This document shows positions 1 to 9,324 of a stretch of DNA of 39,543 nt, in pieces. This DNA comes from Snowella sp. Lineage in GTDB: Bacteria > Cyanobacteriota > Cyanobacteriia > Cyanobacteriales > Microcystaceae. The translations under genes and the position numbers were made by a program. The notes beneath the pieces are model-generated. The model saw only the letters and a list, made by a program, of their open reading frames with translations. It made no database searches and was not told the origin of the DNA. The stretch covers positions 1 to 39,543 of the forward strand of contig JAYKGY010000139.1 in assembly GCA_035285545.1 (NCBI GenBank), written 5' to 3'. Positions within the stretch are counted from its first letter, which is position 1. Each line of letters opens with the position of its first letter.

Positions 1-218
1 ATTGGATATGAATCAACGGTTAAATTTAGAGATGACTTAAGGCATAAATTTTTCTAGAATCTTTTACTGGTAAGCTTTCTGGTCTTCAGATGGCACTTCG
101 TTGCAGCTTCGCTACCTTTACCCCTAATTGAAAAAATTGGATTACAAAATTATTTACAATCCCAAATGTAATTTTCTTTGGTCATCCATTAAGAAAGCGA
201 TCGCTGTCTTGTCGGCAT

Positions 219-273
219 AAAAAAAGATCCGCGATCATTTCCTGAGTGTTGGGTAGCGCGATCGTGAATCTTT
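219..273 (-). terminator. Probable intrinsic terminator of the 364..1965 gene
   Basis: On the minus strand: stem AAAGATTCACGATC / GATCGCGGATCTTT followed by a T run, ~90 nt after the stop codon. Confidence 0.55.
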
Positions 274-363
274 AGGGTTTATTGGCTAGGGGAGGTCATT
301 TAACGTCATCTTTAGGAAGAATGCTCATGAATTAAATTTCTACCCAGTTAAACTTTAGTTTTT

Positions 364-1965
364 TTATATTGTTAAGGCGCTGGAACCGGGTATTGTGACT
401 TGACTGTACATGGCCCAAGATGAATCAGCAAAAGTACCACCGCCAATAAAGTCGTCGTTTTGGTTGCCCACGCCATAAGCCTTATAAGCACCTTCTCCCC
501 AGGCAGTTTCTTCTCGTCCTTCGCAGGGAATGCCTAATTCTGCTAGCGTGACTTGGGCGATCGTAACTTGGGCGTTTGTTTGTCCATTACTATTGATTGG
601 TTGAAGGATAATGGCTACTGTGTCATCACATTCGGGCGTAAACCCCTGTCCCAGCAAATAAGCTCGATCAGCAAGCTCATCTGCCTTGGCATTAGTGTAA
701 GAACCAAGGCCACTAGTGCTTTGAGTATCATCAATGAGAGCCCAGATTGCTCGCTGAATGTCCCCATAAGTGATTGTACCTAGTGAGTCATTTGTTGGAG
801 TCTCTAATCCTGTTAATGAGTCGTACTCATTTGGGTAATCTTGGGGATTAGCATTACTGCCCTTGTAGTTATATTCATCAAGTAGGGTATCGCCAACTTC
901 AAAGTTATTCAAAAGCCAATTGACAGCATCTAAGTTGTTAGGTTTATCAACAATGCCTTGCAGATTTTCATAGCTAGAATAAACGTTAGCCGTGTAATCC
1001 GTGTTGAGACCTATCGTTCGAGCAGTGTCAACACACCACCCATCATAAGTGCCATTTAGCCATGACGCTTCGGTTGATGTGATTTTGGTATCAAAATAGC
1101 TATTATCGCCAGGGCTAGGATAATCTACAACTTGGATTTTAACTTGATCTGGGAGAGAATATTCTAATGCATCTAGTCCACCTAATTGGAAGACTTCCGC
1201 ATGGGCAGCTAAGTTAAGTATGTCTTCAGAGTTTAGAGAGATATTCTCAATCTCGAAGGTCTTGGTTTTGCTAAGCTCTCCATTATCACTTTTATAGTCA
1301 AAATGACCGATTTGCGGCAAACCAGATTTATTAGTGGGTATACCGTCTAAATCACTAATACTGTAGTCAAAGTGCGTCAGCCCGATATGCCAATCATCTC
1401 GAGTATCATTTGGTGTTAGATCCTCGATTTGGTAGGTAATCGTTAAGGTCTTGGACGTAGCATTATAACCATATATGACATTACCAACATCAACAGCACT
1501 TTCCTGGGAACCACCACCAGCAATTAAGTCAGTCGTAACTTCAAAGCTTGCATCTACCATATCAGAATCCGTAAACGTGGTGGTGGCGACCTGACCATCC
1601 GAACCCGTCGCCGTCAAAATCAACGTCGCATTTAACGCATCAGGAGTACCGCTACCCGTGCCATTGTTATCCGTTGGCACAAACCAGGTTGTTACCACCT
1701 GACCATTAGCAACCCCATCTAAGTCACCTTCGCCCCCATCCGTAATAGAAAAAGATGGATAGACATCCGCCTCACCATCATCCCCAGGATCGGTGGGGTC
1801 ATCCTGAATCTCAAACTTAATCGTCGAACCAACCTCAAAACCACTCGCCGTAATCGTAGCGGTTTCCCCTGGTGCGTAATCCAGTTTATCCGTAATAACC
1901 GTATAAACCGTTGAATCGCGAACCTCTTCATCGAACAACGGATCAATTAAAGAATAATTATCCAT
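364..1965 (-). CDS. Acidic extracellular/surface protein with a putative Cys-Gln thioester (TED/TQXA-like) domain
   Basis: 533-aa D/T/G/S-rich ORF; N-terminal Ig-like module (TDKLDYAPGETATITASGF...DGGEGDLDGVANG); GWCVD (C311) and IQRAIW (Q404) motifs. Confidence 0.65.
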   Translation of the reverse strand: MDNYSLIDPLFDEEVRDSTVYTVITDKLDYAPGETATITASGFEVGSTIKFEIQDDPTDPGDDGEADVYPSFSITDGGEGDLDGVANGQVVTTWFVPTDNNGTGSGTPDALNATLILTATGSDGQVATTTFTDSDMVDASFEVTTDLIAGGGSQESAVDVGNVIYGYNATSKTLTITYQIEDLTPNDTRDDWHIGLTHFDYSISDLDGIPTNKSGLPQIGHFDYKSDNGELSKTKTFEIENISLNSEDILNLAAHAEVFQLGGLDALEYSLPDQVKIQVVDYPSPGDNSYFDTKITSTEASWLNGTYDGWCVDTARTIGLNTDYTANVYSSYENLQGIVDKPNNLDAVNWLLNNFEVGDTLLDEYNYKGSNANPQDYPNEYDSLTGLETPTNDSLGTITYGDIQRAIWALIDDTQSTSGLGSYTNAKADELADRAYLLGQGFTPECDDTVAIILQPINSNGQTNAQVTIAQVTLAELGIPCEGREETAWGEGAYKAYGVGNQNDDFIGGGTFADSSWAMYSQVTIPGSSALTI

Positions 1966-2398
1966 GATTATTTATCCTCAATTAGATAAATTGTTTTGAT
2001 TTAAATTGCTGATACAAAACAAACATTGAAAATTGACCATACTTCTTGAAGGGTTTGCTTAGTCAGACAAAGATCTCATCGCCAAGAACAAATACTTATT
2101 GTTCACGACTTGATCGACCCCCAAACCCCCACTAAGTATTTTTACTTTTTCAAAAAATGCATTCTTAGTTGAATACGTGTATATACTGAGAATTGTTGTA
2201 CACCAATAGAAGCCAATTGTGCAAAATGCTTTTGTCTTTACGAATCTTTATGAAGTGAAATACTTTGCATTACCAAAACTAATAAAAGAGGTACATAAAA
2301 AAACAAGCAAGTGCAGACTCATGCGTAACAATACGCAGAAAAAACAATTATGAGGGCAGTCCCCTTAAGTAACCTTATTCACACTTTTTATACACACC

Positions 2399-3151
2399 AT
2401 GTCAAAAATTACCCACAAACAAATTTCCGTTGATCTAGATACCCAAACTGTGACCTACGAAAGACGGGTGATTCCGTTGTATAAAAAAGAATATGAATTA
2501 TTAGTATTATTTTTAAAATTTCCCAATAAAATATTTAGCTACGACAGCATTATTGATGAGCTTTGGGATATCGAACATACTCCAACCGAAAGTAATATCC
2601 GATCCCACTTTAGAAATATTAGAAAAGCTTTTAAAAAAAATAATATTTCCGTTAAAATTATTGAAAATATTTATGGAATAGGGTATCGATTAAATCCCTT
2701 ATTTATTGATAATGTCGTACATAGTTACTTAGACAAACCCTTTAATTTATTCACTGACAGCCTAGTAAACACTGAACTAAAATTAACTAAGACAAAAAAA
2801 TATATTGTTATCAATGAAAAATTTATTGTCACATACTTATCCCCAGAATTTATCCATGATTATCATAGTTTGTGGTCAATTGCGCTGGAAAATGATGTGA
2901 GAGATATTTTCCCAGAATTCGTACAATTTGAAAGTGTTATTGAAAATCACAGTGAAAAAAAAGATTATTGTTTTATTATCAAAGGAAGGGCTAAAAACTC
3001 TGGTTTTACAAGGCTTATCTACACTTGTTTCGATACAATTCCTATGAACTCCGAGCATCATGAGCATTGCCAAGAAAAGTTTTTTTATGTTTTTTTTGAA
3101 GATATTCAAGACAATGCCGAAACAATTCTGGAACAACAAAATCTTCCCTAA
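2399..3151 (+). CDS. OmpR/PhoB-type winged-helix DNA-binding protein lacking a receiver domain, with possible C-terminal PAS-like region
   Basis: LYKKEYELLVLFLKFPNKIFSYDSIIDELW...NIRSHFRNIRK...IENIYGIGYRL fits Trans_reg_C; C-terminal YIVINEKFIVTYLS...DVRDIFPE is PAS-like; AT-rich. Confidence 0.75.
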   Translation: MSKITHKQISVDLDTQTVTYERRVIPLYKKEYELLVLFLKFPNKIFSYDSIIDELWDIEHTPTESNIRSHFRNIRKAFKKNNISVKIIENIYGIGYRLNPLFIDNVVHSYLDKPFNLFTDSLVNTELKLTKTKKYIVINEKFIVTYLSPEFIHDYHSLWSIALENDVRDIFPEFVQFESVIENHSEKKDYCFIIKGRAKNSGFTRLIYTCFDTIPMNSEHHEHCQEKFFYVFFEDIQDNAETILEQQNLP

Positions 3152-3211
3152 TTCTTTATCCCTAAAAGCGACTCAGTCCTTATCATCAATGATTGGCATT
3201 TTTTATTAAAT

Positions 3212-3712
3212 CTAATGAAAAATGAGGTTTAATCTCTTCTTTCCAATATCTTGAATGGAGGCGTTTGCCAATAATAATCCCGGATAAACGGCATGATTCC
3301 AAGTGGGATGACAAAAAGCTGAACAGCCTGGCTCTGTTTTAACAACTTCGTAATTTAGAGATTCCTTAACAATAGCAGGCAAGTTAAAAAAGTCAGTTCC
3401 AACTTCTGAACATAAAGGTTTTCCATCGACAGGAAAGATAATTTCGGTTAAAACATTTTGCTGTTGAGCTTGTAATTTAATTTGTTGCGCTAAACGAATA
3501 AATTTACCCAGTAATCGATCTTTTTCATCTTGAATTTTCGTTGAATCTTCTAATAATGAAAACTTGGCTTGTAATAAAACCAAAATTAAAGTGGGTGGCT
3601 GTTCTGTCCAATCCCAATTCCAAGCCGGTAAGAGCGATCGCTGATGATTTAATAAATAAGACGTTGGCGGTTTGAGATGAATTTCACACTCAGGAAGGGA
3701 AATCAGTACCAT
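3212..3712 (-). CDS. MMADHC/CblD-like (methylmalonic aciduria type D) family protein
   Basis: EKDRLLGKF...DGKPLCS...GCSAFCHPTWNHAVYPGLLLAN pattern typical of cyanobacterial MMADHC-like proteins; starts 2 bp after the ABC ATPase stop. Confidence 0.65.
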   Translation of the reverse strand: MVLISLPECEIHLKPPTSYLLNHQRSLLPAWNWDWTEQPPTLILVLLQAKFSLLEDSTKIQDEKDRLLGKFIRLAQQIKLQAQQQNVLTEIIFPVDGKPLCSEVGTDFFNLPAIVKESLNYEVVKTEPGCSAFCHPTWNHAVYPGLLLANASIQDIGKKRLNLIFH

Positions 3713-3714
3713 TG

Positions 3715-5001
3715 CTAATCCCGATTAATGGCTTTTTCTGTTTTAGCATCAAATAAATGAATTTTATCCAATGCGATCGCGAGCCATAGGGTATCGGCTA
3801 ACTGTACGGGGTAATCAGGCGAAATGCGAATCTGGAGAGAAATGGACGGATCATCAACCAGATGAACTAATAGGTAGGTTTCATTCCCCAAGGCTTCCAC
3901 TAAATCCACCTGAACCTGAAGATTTTCAGGACTTTCGTGACTCACCGCAAAGTGTTCGGGTCGAATCCCCAATAACAGCGATCGCCCAGGATAAAAACTG
4001 GTGTAGGAATGCCAATACTCCGGTAAAGTTAACTTAAACTGAGGATGGGTAAGCAAACTAGCGGACTCTACCCCGACTTGAATAAAATTCATGGGCGGAG
4101 AGCCAATAAACTCAGCCACAAACCGATTTGCAGGCTGATTGTAGAGTTCTAACGGTGGAGCTAACTGTTGAATTTCTCCCTGATACATCACCGCAATGCG
4201 ATCGCCCATTGTCATCGCTTCGGTTTGGTCGTGGGTCACATAAATGGTGGTAATGCCCAATTGCCGTTGCAGTTTAACGATTTGACTGCGGGTTTCTGCC
4301 CGTAATTTTGCATCCAGGTTGGATAAAGGCTCATCCATTAAAAATACCTGGGGATTACGCGCGATCGCCCGTCCTAGCGCCACCCGTTGTTTTTGTCCCC
4401 CAGACAGTTGTTTCGGCAACCTATCTAAAAAAGGTTCAATCTGCAATCGGGCTGCCACTTCTCGGACTTGCTGTTGAATGGCTTTTTCCTGAGCGGAACG
4501 ATACTGTAAACTTCTGGGTAACTTGCGGGTAAGTCCGGTTAAGGTATTTTCTAACCAACTCGGTAATTTTTGACCTTTTGCCTCTCTGACAACCGCCGTA
4601 TTCATCCGCCGCAGACCAAAGGCAATATTGTCATAAACGGATAAATGGGGATAGAGGGCGTAACTTTGGAACACCATCGCAATATCTCTTTCCTTGGGCG
4701 GAACCTGATTGACGACGCGATCGCCGACAAAAATATTTCCTCCTGTCACCTCTTCGAGTCCCGCAATCAACCTTAAAAGCGTACTTTTCCCACAACCCGA
4801 CGGCCCCACCAAGACCATAAATTCGCCGTCTTCGATGGTGAGATTAATGGAGCGTAAAACATTGACCTGACTGGATTTGTTACGCTGGGATTCAGAAGCC
4901 TTCCCCGAAGTTTGTTCTTCTGTATCGGGAGTCTTTACCGAGGGACTGCTAGACCGACTCGGAAAACTTTTATAGAGATTCTCGACAACTACCTTAGCCA
5001 C
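3715..5001 (-). CDS. Carbohydrate ABC transporter ATP-binding protein (MalK/UgpC family)
   Basis: Walker A GPSGCGKST, Q-loop VFQSYALYPH, signature LSGGQKQR, Walker B FLMDEP, H-loop YVTHDQ, C-terminal TOBE region; GTG start. Confidence 0.95.
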   Translation of the reverse strand: MAKVVVENLYKSFPSRSSSPSVKTPDTEEQTSGKASESQRNKSSQVNVLRSINLTIEDGEFMVLVGPSGCGKSTLLRLIAGLEEVTGGNIFVGDRVVNQVPPKERDIAMVFQSYALYPHLSVYDNIAFGLRRMNTAVVREAKGQKLPSWLENTLTGLTRKLPRSLQYRSAQEKAIQQQVREVAARLQIEPFLDRLPKQLSGGQKQRVALGRAIARNPQVFLMDEPLSNLDAKLRAETRSQIVKLQRQLGITTIYVTHDQTEAMTMGDRIAVMYQGEIQQLAPPLELYNQPANRFVAEFIGSPPMNFIQVGVESASLLTHPQFKLTLPEYWHSYTSFYPGRSLLLGIRPEHFAVSHESPENLQVQVDLVEALGNETYLLVHLVDDPSISLQIRISPDYPVQLADTLWLAIALDKIHLFDAKTEKAINRD

Positions 5002-5046
5002 GCTGACAATAGTGTAATGTTTTGTTTCAAGATAATATCATCAATA

Positions 5047-5119
5047 TGGAGAATAGGGGATTTGAACCCCTGACCTCTGCGGTGCGATCGCAGCACTCTA
5101 CCAACTGAGCTAATTCCCC
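5047..5119 (-). tRNA. trnA: tRNA-Ala (anticodon CGC)
   Basis: Reverse complement GGGGAAT-TA-GCTC-AGTTGGTA-GAGT-G-CTGCG-ATCGCAC-CGCAG-AGGTC-AGGGG-TTCAAAT-CCCCT-ATTCTCC-A; G3:U70 Ala identity pair; CCA not encoded. Confidence 0.97.
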
Positions 5120-5144
5120 TTGTAGAAGGCTATTTTATCATTTC

Positions 5145-5453
5145 ATGTTGCTTTTTGTGATCTGTTTTAATTTGTGTTTAACGCTCCTCAACCTTTATAT
5201 TGTGGTGCGTTTGTGGCATTTGCAACAGTATCTCAAATGTTTAACTCGAACCTTTACCAAGCTAGAAAAATGCTCCCATCGTTTGTTAGCTCCGGCCCCT
5301 GCTAATTTAATCCACATGAAACAGGGAACTGTAAAGCTGCGACGATACTATCAACTTTTAGCACGGCAATTAATGTTATTAGAAAGTCTATTGCAAGGGC
5401 TACAAGTGATTAGGAGTATTTGGCGATATCAAAGAAAATTGATTAATGACTAA
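5145..5453 (+). CDS. Small hypothetical protein with N-terminal membrane anchor
   Basis: 102-aa ORF with hydrophobic N-terminus then a coiled-coil-like segment; resembles conserved cyanobacterial hypotheticals. Confidence 0.6.
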   Translation: MLLFVICFNLCLTLLNLYIVVRLWHLQQYLKCLTRTFTKLEKCSHRLLAPAPANLIHMKQGTVKLRRYYQLLARQLMLLESLLQGLQVIRSIWRYQRKLIND

Positions 5454-5607
5454 CATAACAAATTATGTTTAATAAAAGAAGAACTTTTAGAAAGTGTTTT
5501 ATTAGGCTATCAAGTATTTATACTTTAGTTGATCAATTAATTTTCCATCAAAGCTTAAGATTTCAATAGGACTGTTAAATAAAACAAATATAAGAAGGGA
5601 AATATAT

Positions 5608-6300
5608 TTATTTTTTCTTGTCATTATAAATAATTTTGTTTTTTTCAAAATCAATTTCTGCTTTAACAAAAATAATGTTTTTAGGAGAATCTTTCTTGAT
5701 TTCATTAATTATTTTATCATCACTTCTTATACCAGTAATTACCTTGGTTACTTTTCCAATAGCTTTTTCAATTCCTCTTTCACTTTTGCAAAATGCTCTA
5801 TATTCTTGTTCATATTTCCATTTATCAATTTTTCGAGATAAGATATCTATGGCAACTTTTTTATGATAATCTCCCCCTAAAATACTAAAAATATTTTTTG
5901 TATATTTTATTCTTTTGATAAATAGAGAATCAGCCCCTTCATCAATAAAATATTCGTCCTTCTCCTCAGAATAATTAAAATTATCAAAGTCTATTTCTAT
6001 ACAGACTCCTTGATGACCATTCGCATAATGTGACCACATTAAAATGTCATTAGCCGTTTTAGATAATGCACAAATTTTTAGATTTCCTTTATCATGAATA
6101 ATTTGATGGACATCTTGTGCATCTTGGCTATTTCCGTAAAATTCAAAATAACCCTCCATTGGATCATTACAATTTCTCCAATCTGCAAAATATAATTTCC
6201 CTTGCAAAATACTGATAATTCTTTCAATTTCCTTCTTCTTGTCATCATTATTCTTCTGTGGATCAATAGAACGATATTTGTATAATTTTAATTTTGTCAT
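5608..6300 (-). CDS. DUF2971 domain-containing protein
   Basis: KLYKYRS, CNDPMEG, LMWSHYANGHQGVCIE and KWKYEQEYR motifs; very AT-rich, no HIP1. Confidence 0.85.
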   Translation of the reverse strand: MTKLKLYKYRSIDPQKNNDDKKKEIERIISILQGKLYFADWRNCNDPMEGYFEFYGNSQDAQDVHQIIHDKGNLKICALSKTANDILMWSHYANGHQGVCIEIDFDNFNYSEEKDEYFIDEGADSLFIKRIKYTKNIFSILGGDYHKKVAIDILSRKIDKWKYEQEYRAFCKSERGIEKAIGKVTKVITGIRSDDKIINEIKKDSPKNIIFVKAEIDFEKNKIIYNDKKK

Positions 6301-6370
6301 CTTTAATAAAATTCAATAATAATGAAACACTGGTGGTCTAGTTAGAAATTATTGGAAGTAAAAAATTTGT

Positions 6371-6622
6371 TTATTTTTCTGTAGAGGGCCGGAACCATTG
6401 GGATAGCTTATTGATCAACCAACTCAGTAGAGCACCTAACATCAAAATGCCAATCGCGGGATTGAATAAGGGAATCCAGAGTTTTTGCCAGAGGGATAAC
6501 CCCAGATGAACGCCCATCGAATCTCCTACAACGGCGATCGCGAACCAAAAAAAACCAAAAAGAACGAGAAAGACATCAGCAACCAAGATGCGATTCAGCC
6601 AAATTAAAACGGTTTCTTTCAT
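6371..6622 (-). CDS. Small two-TM hypothetical membrane protein (cyanobacterial)
   Basis: 83 aa with two hydrophobic helices (DVFLVLFGFFWFAIAVVG; LFNPAIGILMLGALLSW). Confidence 0.75.
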   Translation of the reverse strand: MKETVLIWLNRILVADVFLVLFGFFWFAIAVVGDSMGVHLGLSLWQKLWIPLFNPAIGILMLGALLSWLINKLSQWFRPSTEK

Positions 6623-6751
6623 TGTGGTTCCTTATAACAAGCCCTAAAACAATTATTCTATTTTACCGAAAAGTTGCTATTCTAATTGAGGACTTTGTTG
6701 AATAAATTCCATTAAACAATCAATTCTCTTAATAAAAATAAATTTAATCAA

Positions 6752-8533
6752 ATGTTAAAAACTTGGTGGCTTTCTTTTGAAAAAAATCCCCGACAATGTT
6801 GGATGATTTCTATCCTGTGGCTATTGTTAATTAGTTGGATTGGATTTTTCTGGAATCTTGGGGTTTTGGGGGTGATGGATAAAACCGAAGCCCTTTTTGT
6901 GGAAGTCGGCCATCAAGTTTATCTGACTAATGATTGGATTACGCCCCGTTGGAACTGGCAAACCTTTTTTGATTATCCCATTTGGGGTTATTGGATGGTT
7001 GCCCTCAGTTTTAAAGTTTTTGGGGTGAGTACCTGGGCAGCCCGATTCCCTGCGGCTTTAACCGCGATCGCGTTAGTGATTTTAAGCTTTTATACTCTCC
7101 GTTATTTTGGATTCAATGGGGAAGAGACAGAACTTGACACTCGACAAAAGTGGATTCGGGCTTGGATCGGGTCGGGAATTGTCGCGCTCAATCCGGGTTG
7201 GGTCGGTTGGGGTCGCACTTCCGTTACCGATATGTTTCTTTCAGGGTCAATCGCGATGGCTATGCTCAGCTTTTTTCTCGGTTATGCTCAGGCAGATAAC
7301 CCCAAAGTTCAGCAACGGTGGTATTTAGTGGCTCCCGTTTTTGCGGCGATCGCGGTTTTAGCCAAAGGCCCCATTGGGATATTACTCCCTGCGCTATCCA
7401 TTACCGTCTTTTTGTTCTATGTCGGGCAATTTTGGCAAGTTTTACGGGAAATGAAACTGATTCCCATGATTGCGATTTTTCTGGTGATCACCGTTCCCTG
7501 GTATGCGGCGGCGGCTCACGTCAATGGCTCAGAATTTGTCGGAACTTTCTTTGGCTTTAGCAATTTTCAACGCTTTACTTCGGTTCTTTATCGTCATGCA
7601 GGGCCTTGGTATTTCTATCTGCCCTATTGCTTCATTTTGCTATTTCCTTGGTCGCTCTTTTTACCGTTGGCGATCGCGCGCTTACAGTTTTGGCGCAGAA
7701 AAGTTTGGGCATCCACCCCCAGAAACCGTCAATTAGGCTTATTCTGTTTCGTCTGGTTTATGGTGATTTTGGTCTTTTTCTCGGCTGCTGCCACCAAATT
7801 ACCGGGTTACATCTTGCCCATTGTTCCTGCGGGAGCCATGATGATTACGCTCTTTTGGGGTCAAGAGATGTTAGCAAATCAGGCGAAAACCTATAGGCAA
7901 TGGCCCTTTTTAACCAGTGGCATTATTACAACCGTTCTCTTTTTTGCATTGGCGATCGCGGCGTTTATCAGCCCACAGTTAGCAGGAAGCGATCCCGCTT
8001 TTCCCACCTTTGGCGAAACCCTAGCGGCTTCTGGCATTCCCGTTATTTTTGGCGTGGCTTTGACTTTATTAAGCATTGCTTCCCTGATTTTATTAATTCG
8101 CAAGCCCTATCGCCCTTGGTTTTGGACAGTGAATTTAGGCTTTTTCGTGGCCTTGTTAACCTTGGTGGTTCCGCCCCTCGCCCCGATTATGGATAGCCAA
8201 CGGCAACAACCCTTTCGAGAATTAGCCAGAGAGGTGGGAAAAGTTGCAAAACCGCAAGAATGGGTCTTTTTAATGGGCTATCTCCGTTATAGTTTGGTGC
8301 ATTATAGCCAACGTCGCATTGAGTTTTTTGATGATGCCAATTTCGCGATCGATTTCCTCAAAGATCCAACTAAAACGAATCCTCTTTCAACGGTTTTAAT
8401 CGTCACTGAACCTAAGTTTATGGAACGCTTTAATTTACAACCTGGTGATTATCAATTAATTGATGAAAAAGGTGTTTATAAGTTAATTCGAGTATCAAAA
8501 TCTGTATTATTGGAACGCTATCCTCAAAAATAA
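6752..8533 (+). CDS. ArnT/PMT-family (GT-C) glycosyltransferase
   Basis: Polytopic 593 aa; DKTEALF, DWITPRWN, ARFPAA, LAKGPIG and KLPGYILP motifs. Confidence 0.9.
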   Translation: MLKTWWLSFEKNPRQCWMISILWLLLISWIGFFWNLGVLGVMDKTEALFVEVGHQVYLTNDWITPRWNWQTFFDYPIWGYWMVALSFKVFGVSTWAARFPAALTAIALVILSFYTLRYFGFNGEETELDTRQKWIRAWIGSGIVALNPGWVGWGRTSVTDMFLSGSIAMAMLSFFLGYAQADNPKVQQRWYLVAPVFAAIAVLAKGPIGILLPALSITVFLFYVGQFWQVLREMKLIPMIAIFLVITVPWYAAAAHVNGSEFVGTFFGFSNFQRFTSVLYRHAGPWYFYLPYCFILLFPWSLFLPLAIARLQFWRRKVWASTPRNRQLGLFCFVWFMVILVFFSAAATKLPGYILPIVPAGAMMITLFWGQEMLANQAKTYRQWPFLTSGIITTVLFFALAIAAFISPQLAGSDPAFPTFGETLAASGIPVIFGVALTLLSIASLILLIRKPYRPWFWTVNLGFFVALLTLVVPPLAPIMDSQRQQPFRELAREVGKVAKPQEWVFLMGYLRYSLVHYSQRRIEFFDDANFAIDFLKDPTKTNPLSTVLIVTEPKFMERFNLQPGDYQLIDEKGVYKLIRVSKSVLLERYPQK

Positions 8534-8583
8534 ATTGCTTGATTTTATGGGTTTCTAAAGTACGCGATCGCCTTTAGGAATTT

Positions 8584-8592
8584 TGTTATAAT
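8584..8592 (+). promoter_or_regulatory. Extended -10 promoter (TGnTATAAT) of the TA operon
   Basis: Perfect TG-T-TATAAT ~32 bp upstream of ATG 8625; preceded by an imperfect inverted repeat at 8552-8580. Confidence 0.6.
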
Positions 8593-8624
8593 AATTACGG
8601 ACTTGGTAGGTAGAGGTCTTTTTT

Positions 8625-8972
8625 ATGAATAGTGCAGAGCTTCGTGGCCAAATTCAAGATTATGTTGAACAGTTATCAAATGATAAGCTATTAATTGCGG
8701 CTGACTTTTTAGCTCATTTAGCAGGGCAAAATGATAATGATCCAACAGAAGAATTACTAAAAATCAGTGGTTTTCAAGAGTCTTTTGAAAAAGCTAAGAA
8801 AAATGTTAACGAAGGAAAGGTGATTATTTTGGAATCGGATGAAGTTGAGTTTGATCCCGATGATACGCCTGTAGAAGAAGTTAAGGCGAGTTTGAGAAGG
8901 GCTTTACAGGAGTACAAAGAAGGGAAAAGAATCCCTTTAGAAGATATGTGGAAGGGAATTGATGCCGAATAA
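8625..8972 (+). CDS. Putative type II antitoxin (apparently two antitoxin-like modules fused)
   Basis: Acidic 115 aa overlapping a RelE-type toxin gene; two related segments FEKAKKNVNEGKVI and LRRALQEYKEGKRI. Confidence 0.7.
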   Translation: MNSAELRGQIQDYVEQLSNDKLLIAADFLAHLAGQNDNDPTEELLKISGFQESFEKAKKNVNEGKVIILESDEVEFDPDDTPVEEVKASLRRALQEYKEGKRIPLEDMWKGIDAE

Positions 8973-9324
8973 TTCTCGTTTATTTCATATTGACTTAACT
9001 CCTGAATACAGGAGAAATTTAAAAGATTTAGCTAAGAAATATCGGAATATCCGCTCCGACACTCAAGCTGCTATTGAAGATTTACAAAAAGGTGTTATTG
9101 TCGGCGATCGCCTGACAGGATTTGGCTCTGAGATTTACGTTTATAAGCTCAGGATTAAAAATAGTAATATCCAAAAAGGAAAAAGTGCTGGCTACAGATT
9201 AATCTATTTACTTGAATCAGCAACCAGTATTTTACTGTTAACGATTTATAGTAAGACGGAAAAAGAAGATATTACAGTTAATGATATTAATTCAATTTTA
9301 GGTGAGTATTTTATAGAGGAATAA
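8962..9324 (+). CDS. RelE/ParE-superfamily toxin
   Basis: YRRNLKDLAKKYRNI...VYKLRIKNSNIQKGKSAGYRLIY...ILLLTIYSK is a typical RelE-like signature; overlaps the upstream antitoxin. Confidence 0.88.
   Translation: MPNNSRLFHIDLTPEYRRNLKDLAKKYRNIRSDTQAAIEDLQKGVIVGDRLTGFGSEIYVYKLRIKNSNIQKGKSAGYRLIYLLESATSILLLTIYSKTEKEDITVNDINSILGEYFIEE

Noticed and set aside
5084..5091. HIP1 octamer inside the tRNA anticodon arm
   Set aside because: It follows from the Ala(CGC) anticodon stem-loop sequence itself; no evidence of a separate function.
5047..6370. tRNA-anchored genomic island
   Set aside because: The AT-rich DUF2971 insert lies on the 5' side of the tRNA and no duplicated tRNA 3' end was seen.
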